A stretch of 64,000 nucleotides of DNA. Origin: Escherichia coli (GTDB lineage Bacteria > Pseudomonadota > Gammaproteobacteria > Enterobacterales > Enterobacteriaceae). The notes under the pieces are model-generated. The model was given only the letters and a program-made list of their open reading frames with translations, did not search any database and was not told where the DNA came from. The stretch lies in NCBI RefSeq assembly GCF_030384885.1, contig NZ_CP128613.1; one strand, 5' to 3'. Made by a program: the position numbers and the translations under genes. Positions 55,732 to 64,000 of the stretch are shown piece by piece; the first letter of the stretch is position 1; each line of letters opens with the position of its first letter.

Positions 55732-55762
55732 CCCGGATAAAGCGTTCACGCCGCATCCGGCT
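55732..55762. repeat. Single REP unit downstream of ymjA
   Basis: gcccggataaagcgttcacgccgcatccggc. Confidence 0.8.
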
Positions 55763-56009
55763 AAAAATGACACGCACTGCAGCGTGCTTTAATGGGTTTC
55801 TCACGATCGTACCGCTCTGCTCCTCGCTAAGTTGTTCTGTGAGTTATAGTTATAGAGAAATCACGGGTACGAATGTTGAACAGATGGCGACGTCACCTGT
55901 TCAACGACCAACCACACGGCCCTCATTACGACCCCTGAACACAAACGGTAATGGCAAATGTCATTAAATATTAGTAAGATAGCCTCTTTACATAAAATCC
56001 CTTAATATT

Positions 56010-57653
56010 ATGCGCCAGGTATTATCGTCTCTTTTGGTGATTGCTGGACTTGTGAGTGGTCAGGCAATCGCCGCGCCTGAATCCCCCCCGCATGCTGATA
56101 TCCGCGACAGCGGTTTTGTCTATTGCGTCAGCGGGCAAGTCAACACCTTTAACCCATCCAAAGCGAGCAGTGGGTTAATTGTCGATACCCTTGCCGCCCA
56201 GTTTTATGATCGACTGCTGGATGTCGATCCCTATACCTATCGCCTGATGCCGGAACTTGCCGAAAGCTGGGAAGTGCTCGACAACGGCGCGACCTATCGC
56301 TTCCACCTGCGTCGCGATGTTCCGTTTCAAAAAACCGACTGGTTTACTCCCACTCGTAAAATGAATGCCGACGATGTGGTGTTTACCTTCCAGCGAATTT
56401 TTGACCGTAACAACCCGTGGCATAACGTCAACGGCAGCAACTTTCCCTACTTCGACAGCCTGCAATTTGCCGATAACGTTAAAAGCGTTCGCAAACTGGA
56501 TAATCATACCGTTGAGTTCCGACTCGCCCAGCCGGATGCTTCTTTTTTGTGGCACCTGGCGACCCATTATGCATCGGTCATGTCGGCAGAATATGCCGGG
56601 AAGTTAGAGAAAGAAGATCGCCAGGAGCAACTCGACCGTCAACCGGTTGGCACTGGACCGTATCAGTTATCGGAATACCGCGCCGGGCAATTTATTCGCC
56701 TACAACGTCATGATGACTTCTGGCGCGGCAAACCGTTAATGCCGCAGGTGGTGGTGGATTTAGGCTCCGGCGGTACCGGACGTCTGTCGAAACTCCTGAC
56801 CGGGGAGTGCGACGTTCTGGCCTGGCCTGCTGCCAGTCAGCTATCCATTTTGCGTGACGACCCACGCTTGCGTTTAACGCTGCGCCCGGGGATGAATGTC
56901 GCCTATCTGGCATTTAACACTGCTAAACCGCCGCTAAATAATCCCGCTGTCCGCCATGCGCTGGCACTGGCGATCAATAACCAGCGTCTGATGCAATCCA
57001 TCTATTATGGTACGGCTGAAACGGCAGCCTCTATTTTACCGCGTGCCTCGTGGGCCTATGACAACGAGGCTAAAATTACTGAATACAACCCGGCGAAATC
57101 GCGCGAACAGTTGAAGGCGTTAGGGCTGGAAAACTTAACGCTGAAACTGTGGGTGCCCACACGTTCGCAGGCGTGGAACCCCAGTCCACTGAAAACCGCC
57201 GAACTGATTCAGGCGGATATGGCGCAGGTTGGCGTAAAAGTGGTGATTGTGCCGGTAGAAGGTCGTTTTCAGGAGGCGCGGTTGATGGATATGAGCCATG
57301 ATCTGACATTATCCGGTTGGGCGACAGACAGTAACGATCCGGACAGTTTCTTTCGTCCGCTACTGAGCTGCGCAGCAATACATTCCCAGACCAACCTCGC
57401 CCACTGGTGCGATCCGAAATTCGACAGCGTGTTGCGTAAGGCGCTCTCCTCGCAACAGCTGGCGGCGCGTATTGAAGCCTATGACGAAGCGCAAAGTATT
57501 CTGGCGCAGGAATTGCCCATTTTGCCGCTGGCGTCGTCATTGCGCTTGCAAGCCTACCGTTACGATATCAAAGGGCTGGTTCTTAGCCCGTTTGGTAACG
57601 CCTCCTTTGCTGGTGTGTATCGCGAGAAACAGGATGAGGTGAAAAAACCATGA
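56010..57653 (+). CDS. sapA: Periplasmic substrate-binding protein SapA (peptide/putrescine ABC system)
   Basis: 547-aa ORF with a signal peptide [24 protein letters not shown]. Family 5 SBP. Confidence 0.95.
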   Translation: MRQVLSSLLVIAGLVSGQAIAAPESPPHADIRDSGFVYCVSGQVNTFNPSKASSGLIVDTLAAQFYDRLLDVDPYTYRLMPELAESWEVLDNGATYRFHLRRDVPFQKTDWFTPTRKMNADDVVFTFQRIFDRNNPWHNVNGSNFPYFDSLQFADNVKSVRKLDNHTVEFRLAQPDASFLWHLATHYASVMSAEYAGKLEKEDRQEQLDRQPVGTGPYQLSEYRAGQFIRLQRHDDFWRGKPLMPQVVVDLGSGGTGRLSKLLTGECDVLAWPAASQLSILRDDPRLRLTLRPGMNVAYLAFNTAKPPLNNPAVRHALALAINNQRLMQSIYYGTAETAASILPRASWAYDNEAKITEYNPAKSREQLKALGLENLTLKLWVPTRSQAWNPSPLKTAELIQADMAQVGVKVVIVPVEGRFQEARLMDMSHDLTLSGWATDSNDPDSFFRPLLSCAAIHSQTNLAHWCDPKFDSVLRKALSSQQLAARIEAYDEAQSILAQELPILPLASSLRLQAYRYDIKGLVLSPFGNASFAGVYREKQDEVKKP

Positions 57654-58615
57654 TTATCTTCACCTTACGCCGCATTTTGTTATTGATTGTCACCTTGTTC
57701 CTGCTGACGTTCGTTGGCTTTAGCTTGAGCTATTTCACCCCACATGCGCCGTTACAAGGCGCGTCACTGTGGAATGCCTGGGTGTTCTGGTTTAATGGTC
57801 TGATCCACTGGGATTTTGGTGTTTCCAGCATTAACGGTCAACCGATTGCCGAACAGTTAAAAGAGGTCTTCCCGGCGACGATGGAACTGTGCATCCTCGC
57901 CTTCGGTTTTGCGCTGATTGTTGGCATCCCCGTAGGGATGATTGCCGGGATTACGCGCCATAAGTGGCAGGATAACTTGATCAACGCCATCGCCTTACTG
58001 GGCTTTTCCATCCCGGTGTTCTGGCTGGCGCTTCTGTTGACGCTATTTTGTTCACTCACGCTAGGTTGGTTGCCCGTTTCAGGGCGTTTCGATCTGCTCT
58101 ACGAAGTGAAACCGATTACCGGTTTTGCGTTGATTGATGCCTGGCTTTCGGACTCACCATGGCGGGATGAAATGGTCATGAGCGCAATCCGCCATATGAT
58201 ATTGCCCGTGATCACCCTGTCGGTTGCGCCAACAACTGAAGTGATCCGACTGATGCGTATCAGCACAATCGAAGTGTATGACCAGAACTATGTTAAAGCG
58301 GCGGCGACCCGCGGTTTGTCGCGCTTTACTATTTTGCGTCGCCATGTTCTGCATAACGCGTTACCTCCGGTTATTCCTCGCCTGGGCTTACAGTTTTCTA
58401 CCATGCTGACGCTGGCGATGATCACCGAAATGGTTTTTAGCTGGCCGGGTTTAGGGCGCTGGTTAATTAACGCCATCCGCCAGCAAGATTACGCGGCCAT
58501 TTCCGCCGGAGTGATGGTGTGTGGCTCACTGGTCATTATTGTTAACGTGATTTCTGATATTTTGGGTGCCATGGCTAACCCTCTGAAACATAAGGAATGG
58601 TATGCCTTACGATAG
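57650..58615 (+). CDS. sapB: ABC permease SapB
   Basis: 321-aa polytopic ORF with a 4-nt overlap with sapA. Confidence 0.95.
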   Translation: MIIFTLRRILLLIVTLFLLTFVGFSLSYFTPHAPLQGASLWNAWVFWFNGLIHWDFGVSSINGQPIAEQLKEVFPATMELCILAFGFALIVGIPVGMIAGITRHKWQDNLINAIALLGFSIPVFWLALLLTLFCSLTLGWLPVSGRFDLLYEVKPITGFALIDAWLSDSPWRDEMVMSAIRHMILPVITLSVAPTTEVIRLMRISTIEVYDQNYVKAAATRGLSRFTILRRHVLHNALPPVIPRLGLQFSTMLTLAMITEMVFSWPGLGRWLINAIRQQDYAAISAGVMVCGSLVIIVNVISDILGAMANPLKHKEWYALR

Positions 58616-59492
58616 CGTATACAGCGAAAAGCGCCCGCCGGGCACGCTGCGTACCGCCTGGCGCAAATTTTATAGTGATGCCTCTGCGATGGTCGGTCTG
58701 TACGGCTGCGCGGGACTGGCTGTACTGTGTATTTTTGGTGGCTGGTTTGCGCCTTACGGAATCGATCAGCAATTTCTCGGCTATCAATTATTGCCGCCGT
58801 CATGGTCACGCTATGGCGAAGTTTCTTTCTTCCTGGGGACTGACGACCTCGGACGCGATGTTTTAAGTCGTTTACTGAGTGGAGCTGCACCAACCGTGGG
58901 GGGGGCATTTGTGGTGACGCTTGCAGCGACAATCTGTGGCCTGGTACTTGGCACCTTTGCCGGGTCGACGCACGGTCTACGCTCAGCAGTACTAAACCAT
59001 ATTCTGGATACCTTACTAGCGATCCCTTCTCTGCTGCTGGCAATTATCGTTGTAGCGTTTGCCGGACCGAGTTTGTCGCACGCCATGTTTGCTGTCTGGC
59101 TGGCGCTGCTGCCGCGTATGGTACGTTCAATTTACAGCATGGTGCATGATGAACTGGAAAAAGAGTATGTTATCGCCGCCCGTCTGGATGGCGCATCAAC
59201 GCTGAATATTCTCTGGTTTGCGGTGATGCCTAACATCACCGCCGGGCTGGTCACCGAAATCACCCGCGCACTGTCGATGGCAATTCTTGACATCGCCGCG
59301 CTGGGCTTTCTCGATCTCGGCGCACAACTCCCCTCGCCTGAATGGGGAGCGATGCTCGGTGATGCGCTGGAACTGATTTATGTCGCCCCGTGGACTGTCA
59401 TGCTGCCAGGTGCGGCAATTATGATTAGCGTGCTGTTGGTTAACCTCCTTGGCGACGGTGTTCGTCGTGCAATTATTGCGGGGGTGGAATAA
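58602..59492 (+). CDS. sapC: ABC permease SapC
   Basis: 296-aa polytopic ORF that overlaps the sapB 3' end. Confidence 0.95.
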
Positions 59493-60484
59493 TGCCATTA
59501 CTCGATATTCGTAACCTGACCATTGAATTTAAAACCGGTGATGAGTGGGTTAAAGCCGTCGACCGCGTAAGTATGACCTTAACCGAAGGTGAAATCCGCG
59601 GTCTTGTTGGCGAATCCGGTTCCGGCAAAAGTTTGATTGCAAAAGCAATTTGTGGGGTGAATAAAGATAACTGGCGTGTTACTGCTGACCGTATGCGTTT
59701 TGATGATATCGATTTGCTGCGTCTCTCCGCACGCGAACGGCGCAAGCTGGTTGGTCACAACGTGTCGATGATTTTCCAAGAACCGCAGTCTTGTCTTGAC
59801 CCTTCAGAACGTGTGGGTCGCCAGTTGATGCAAAACATCCCAGCCTGGACCTATAAAGGCCGTTGGTGGCAGCGTTTTGGCTGGCGCAAACGCCGTGCCA
59901 TTGAACTTCTGCACCGTGTGGGGATTAAAGATCACAAAGATGCAATGCGCAGTTTTCCCTATGAGTTGACCGAAGGTGAATGTCAGAAAGTGATGATAGC
60001 CATTGCACTGGCGAATCAACCGCGTCTGCTGATTGCTGACGAACCGACAAACTCAATGGAGCCAACAACCCAGGCGCAAATCTTTCGCCTGCTGACGCGT
60101 CTCAACCAAAACAGCAATACCACTATTTTGCTTATCAGCCATGACTTACAAATGCTTAGCCAATGGGCGGATAAAATTAACGTGCTTTACTGCGGTCAAA
60201 CGGTGGAAACCGCGCCGAGTAAGGAGTTGGTGACAATGCCACATCATCCCTATACCCAGGCGCTGATCCGCGCGATACCAGACTTCGGCAGCGCGATGCC
60301 GCATAAAAGTCGCCTCAATACGCTGCCCGGCGCTATCCCACTGCTGGAACAGTTACCGATTGGGTGTCGTCTGGGGCCGCGTTGCCCGTATGCACAACGA
60401 GAATGCATTGTGACGCCACGTTTGACGGGGGCGAAAAATCATCTCTATGCCTGTCATTTCCCGCTGAACATGGAGAAAGAGTGA
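59492..60484 (+). CDS. sapD: ABC ATPase SapD
   Basis: 330-aa ORF with Walker A GESGSGKS and an LTEGECQK signature variant. Confidence 0.95.
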
Positions 60485-60485
60485 G

Positions 60486-61292
60486 ATGATCGAAACGCTG
60501 CTTGAAGTGCGTAATTTAAGTAAAACGTTCCGCTACCGGACCGGCTGGTTTCGTCGTCAGACCGTAGAAGCGGTAAAACCCTTGAGCTTTACGCTACGTG
60601 AAGGCCAGACACTGGCGATCATTGGCGAGAATGGTTCTGGTAAATCCACGCTGGCGAAAATGCTGGCGGGAATGATAGAACCGACCAGCGGCGAGTTATT
60701 GATTGACGATCATCCGCTGCATTTTGGCGATTATTCCTTCCGTAGTCAGCGTATTCGCATGATTTTTCAGGATCCTTCGACCTCGTTGAATCCCCGTCAA
60801 CGTATCTCGCAGATTCTTGATTTTCCACTGCGCTTGAACACCGATCTGGAACCTGAACAGCGTCGGAAACAGATTATTGAAACAATGCGGATGGTTGGGC
60901 TGCTACCGGATCACGTCAGTTACTATCCGCATATGTTGGCACCCGGGCAAAAACAGCGTCTGGGGCTGGCGCGCGCGCTGATATTGCGTCCAAAAGTGAT
61001 TATTGCCGATGAAGCCCTCGCCTCACTGGATATGTCGATGCGTTCGCAGTTGATTAATCTGATGCTGGAGTTACAGGAAAAACAGGGCATTTCGTATATT
61101 TATGTCACCCAGCATATTGGGATGATGAAGCACATTAGCGACCAGGTACTGGTGATGCATCAGGGCGAGGTTGTCGAGCGAGGTAGTACTGCGGATGTGC
61201 TCGCCTCTCCGCTGCACGACCTCACTAAACGACTGATTGCCGGTCATTTTGGCGAGGCATTGACGGCGGATGCGTGGCGTAAGGACCGTTAA
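60486..61292 (+). CDS. sapF: ABC ATPase SapF
   Basis: 268-aa ORF with Walker A GENGSGKST and Walker B IIADE. Confidence 0.95.
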   Translation: MIETLLEVRNLSKTFRYRTGWFRRQTVEAVKPLSFTLREGQTLAIIGENGSGKSTLAKMLAGMIEPTSGELLIDDHPLHFGDYSFRSQRIRMIFQDPSTSLNPRQRISQILDFPLRLNTDLEPEQRRKQIIETMRMVGLLPDHVSYYPHMLAPGQKQRLGLARALILRPKVIIADEALASLDMSMRSQLINLMLELQEKQGISYIYVTQHIGMMKHISDQVLVMHQGEVVERGSTADVLASPLHDLTKRLIAGHFGEALTADAWRKDR

Positions 61293-61362
61293 TTTTCTGA
61301 ATCAAGCTTGCAGAATATTCACCTCATTCTGACAGGGAAATTCATCCTGTCAGAATGAAGGG

Positions 61363-61809
61363 ATGGATAAAATAAAAGCAAATGCCCGCGATTTAAGACG
61401 CAACCTCACCCCGCAGGAGCGAAAGTTCTGGCGATATCTTCGCAGCCGACGTTTTGCTGATTTCAAATTTCGCCGTCAACATCCGGTGGGGAATTACATT
61501 CTCGATTTTGCCTGTTGCTCTGCACGTTTAGCGGTAGAGCTTGATGGTGGGCAACATGATTCAGCTATCGCGTATGATACCAGGCGCACGCGCTGGCTTG
61601 AGTCCCAGGGCTGGACCGTGCTGCGTTTCTGGAATAACGAGATCGATCATAATGAAGAGGCGGTTCTGGGGGAGATTCTGCAGGAACTGAACCGCCGGTC
61701 ACCCTCACCCCAACCCTCTCCCCAGAGGGGCGAGGGGGCTGTATGTGCCTGTTTGTTGCTGCGCAGGCAAATGAACAAGCGGTGCCGGGGATCATTCTGC
61801 AGGAACTGA
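61363..61809 (+). CDS. ycjD: DUF559 (Vsr-like endonuclease fold) protein YcjD, with a 3' end running into GC-rich repeats
   Basis: The ORF MDKIKANARDLRRNLTPQERKFWRYLRSRRF...VELDGGQHD...LRFWNNEI is recognised as YcjD. The conserved domain ends at about codon 112. The remaining tail (SPSPQPSPQRGEGAVCACLL...) is encoded by repeat DNA, so the true stop and length are uncertain. Confidence 0.8.
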   Translation: MDKIKANARDLRRNLTPQERKFWRYLRSRRFADFKFRRQHPVGNYILDFACCSARLAVELDGGQHDSAIAYDTRRTRWLESQGWTVLRFWNNEIDHNEEAVLGEILQELNRRSPSPQPSPQRGEGAVCACLLLRRQMNKRCRGSFCRN

Positions 61810-61928
61810 GCCGCCTGTTACCCTCTCCCTGAAAGGGCATGGGGGCTGTATGTGCCTGTTTGTTGCTGGGGTGACAACGCGCACAATCGGTCCCCTCGCC
61901 CCTCTGGGGAGAGGGTTAGGGTGAGGGG
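61675..61928. repeat. GC-rich palindromic repeat cluster (Box C-like): two direct copies plus one inverted copy
   Basis: 61675-61761 and 61794-61868 share attctgcaggaactga..ccctctccc..gggggctgtatgtgcctgtttgttgctg. The segment 61892-61927 is the reverse complement of 61702-61737 (35/36 by hand alignment). The motif ccctctcccc-N4-ggggcgaggg matches my memory of Box C elements first described next to envM/fabI. Confidence 0.65.
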
Positions 61929-62080
61929 AAAAGCGCACACCCGTGCCCACATTCCTGCCAACTATAGCCACCCACAGCCAGGTTGATTATAATAACCGTT
62001 TATCTGTTCGTACTGTTTACTAAAACGACGAATCGCCTGATTTTCAGGCACAACAAGCATCAACAATAAGGATTAAAGCT

Positions 62081-62869
62081 ATGGGTTTTCTTTCCGGTAA
62101 GCGCATTCTGGTAACCGGTGTTGCCAGCAAACTGTCCATCGCCTACGGTATCGCTCAGGCGATGCACCGCGAAGGAGCTGAACTGGCATTCACCTACCAG
62201 AACGACAAACTGAAAGGCCGCGTAGAAGAATTTGCCGCTCAATTGGGTTCTGACATCGTTCTGCAGTGCGATGTTGCCGAAGATGCCAGCATCGACACCA
62301 TGTTCGCTGAACTGGGGAAAGTTTGGCCGAAATTTGACGGTTTCGTACACTCTATTGGTTTTGCACCTGGCGATCAGCTGGATGGTGACTATGTTAACGC
62401 CGTTACTCGTGAAGGCTTCAAAATTGCCCACGACATCAGCTCCTACAGCTTCGTTGCAATGGCAAAAGCTTGCCGCTCCATGCTGAATCCGGGCTCTGCC
62501 CTGCTGACCCTTTCCTACCTTGGCGCTGAGCGCGCTATCCCGAACTACAACGTTATGGGTCTGGCAAAAGCGTCTCTGGAAGCGAACGTGCGCTATATGG
62601 CGAACGCGATGGGTCCGGAAGGTGTGCGTGTTAACGCCATCTCTGCTGGTCCGATCCGTACTCTGGCGGCTTCCGGTATCAAAGACTTCCGCAAAATGCT
62701 GGCTCATTGCGAAGCCGTTACCCCGATTCGTCGCACCGTTACCATCGAAGACGTCGGTAACTCCGCAGCGTTCCTGTGCTCCGATCTCTCTGCCGGTATC
62801 TCCGGTGAAGTGGTCCACGTTGACGGCGGTTTCAGCATCGCTGCAATGAACGAACTCGAACTGAAATAA
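62081..62869 (+). CDS. fabI: Enoyl-ACP reductase (NADH) FabI
   Basis: 262-aa [43 protein letters not shown].... Unmistakably FabI. Confidence 0.98.
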
Positions 62870-63012
62870 TCGTTCTGTTGGTCAAGATGGGCGGCGTTCT
62901 GCCGCCCGTTATCTCTGTTATACCTTTCTGATATTTGTTATCGCCGATCCGTCTTTCTCCCCTTCCCGCCTTGCGTCAGGATAACGATTTCCTTTACGAC
63001 CAAGGAGCGCCC

Positions 63013-64000
63013 ATGGAACAACGCCACATCACCGGCAAAAGCCACTGGTATCATGAAACGCAATCCAGTACTGCGGAGAATGACGTTCTGCCTCTGGTCC
63101 CGGAAGCCGCAAAGGTTCGCGATCCCTTTCTGCTCGACGTGATCCTTGATGAAGAAACGCTGGCCCCCTTCCTTTCATGGATGGTCCCGGCGCGCATTCT
63201 TGCAGCGGAGTTGTTCCCTGACCAGCTTACTGTGACCCGTTCACAGACCTTCACCGCTTATGAACGTTTGTCGACGGCCCTGACGGTTGCTCAGGTTTGC
63301 GGCGTCCAGCGGTTGTGCAACTACTATTCGGCGCGACTTACACCGCTCCCCGGACCTGATTCCTCCAGGGAAAGCAATCATCGACTGGCACAAATCACGC
63401 AATATGCCCGTCAACTGGCCAGCTCGCCTTCAATAATCGACAACCGATCGCGCCAGCATCTGAATGACGTCGGTCTTACTGCCTGGGACTGTGTGATTAT
63501 CAACCAAATCGTTGGTTTTATTGGCTTTCAGGCGCGGGCAATGGCGACATTTCAGGCTTATCTCGGGCATCCGGTACGCTGGTTACCCGGTCTGGAGATA
63601 CAAAAGTACGCCGACACGTCACTGTTTACGGTTGAATCAATACGCTGGCGAAGCTGCTATGAGGTGGAAAAACTCCCTGAAGAACAGACAAAAAGTTCAA
63701 CTGCAGAACTGTGCCAACTGGCTGAAACGCTCTCTCTCCACCCTAATTCACTTTCCCTTCTCGAAAAGTTGTTAAACAGCACACGGGTCAATACACAGCC
63801 GGATAATAAGCTTGCGGCGTTGTTATGCGCGCGTATTAATGGCAGTCCTGCTTGTTTTGCCGCCTGTATAAATTCATCAAATGAATATAAAAAAATCAGC
63901 CCCCTTCTCCGTAAGGGCGAAAATGAAATTAACCAATGGGCTGACCGTGATTCTGTTGAGCGCGCTACCGTTCAGGCGATACAATGGCTGACCCGAGCAC
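63013..64000 (+). CDS. yciW: CMD/AhpD-like protein YciW, 5' portion (runs off the right edge)
   Basis: ATG 63013 is preceded by AAGGAG (63002-63007). I hand-translated the frame and it stays open to the window end ([43 protein letters not shown]...). It is absent from the ORF track, presumably because it has no stop. Its position after fabI fits YciW. Confidence 0.85.
   Translation, partial: MEQRHITGKSHWYHETQSSTAENDVLPLVPEAAKVRDPFLLDVILDEETLAPFLSWMVPARILAAELFPDQLTVTRSQTFTAYERLSTALTVAQVCGVQRLCNYYSARLTPLPGPDSSRESNHRLAQITQYARQLASSPSIIDNRSRQHLNDVGLTAWDCVIINQIVGFIGFQARAMATFQAYLGHPVRWLPGLEIQKYADTSLFTVESIRWRSCYEVEKLPEEQTKSSTAELCQLAETLSLHPNSLSLLEKLLNSTRVNTQPDNKLAALLCARINGSPACFAACINSSNEYKKISPLLRKGENEINQWADRDSVERATVQAIQWLTRA

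Noticed and set aside
55767-55967. 66-aa ORF between ymjA and sapA, and the 61-aa ORF 3723-3908 spanning a REP cluster.
   Set aside because: They start inside or next to REP elements, have no SD and show no recognisable protein features. They lie in intergenic promoter or terminator regions.
61565-61840. 91-aa minus-strand ORF (and the 61810-62080 region) inside the Box C-like repeats.
   Set aside because: It is composed of repeat-encoded low-complexity sequence (Gly/Arg/Pro/Ser) and is antisense to ycjD. It is better explained as repeat DNA.
62060-62818. 252-aa minus-strand ORF covering almost all of fabI. Similar long antisense ORFs include 37464-38216 (+) in ycjQ, 36175-36772 (+) in ycjR/ycjS, 58489-59043 (-) in sapC, 47195-47725 (+) in puuE and 15474-15965 (-) in fnr.
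   Set aside because: These are shadow ORFs on the opposite strand of well-recognised, highly conserved genes. Their translations are low-complexity (Arg/Gly/His-rich) and lack SD sequences. Stop-free antisense frames of codon-biased, relatively GC-rich genes are expected.

Overview
The window is a contiguous, mobile-element-free stretch of an Escherichia coli chromosome carrying non-K-12 alleles. It is collinear, in inverted orientation, with the K-12 interval ydbK (b1378) to yciW (b1287) as I remember that map. Left to right: ydbK 3' end, micC, ompN, uspF, ttcA, dbpA, fnrS, zntB, dgcM, smrA, mcaS, abgR-abgABT, ogt, fnr, uspE, ynaJ, ynaI, mppA, mpaA, ycjG, tpx, one unknown large ORF, tyrR, ycjF-ycjX, ycjW, ompG, the ycjV-ycjM sugar cluster, pspEDCBA/pspF, puuEBC, puuR, puuD/puuAP, ymjA, sapABCDF, ycjD, fabI and the yciW 5' part. 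I support about 66 protein genes, 3 Hfq-type sRNAs, REP/BIME clusters, a Box C-like repeat cluster and several regulatory sites and terminators. I found no rRNA, tRNA, CRISPR array, IS element, integrase or prophage gene. There are six differences from the K-12 arrangement, all judged from memory and needing an alignment. (1) Rac prophage is absent and ttcA is uninterrupted next to uspF. (2) There is no IS5 between ynaJ and ynaI. (3) ycjY-ymjC/D-pgrR are absent between mppA and mpaA. (4) A 2.2-kb segment with a single orphan ORF of about 680 aa sits between the convergent tpx and tyrR genes. (5) ycjV is intact but ycjO carries a 1-bp frameshift. (6) The ycjD 3' end and its GC-rich repeats are tandemly duplicated. 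The orphan ORF is the only coding content I cannot name and is the best candidate for something undescribed. I see no multi-gene novel system, and nearly all of the window is ordinary core genome.
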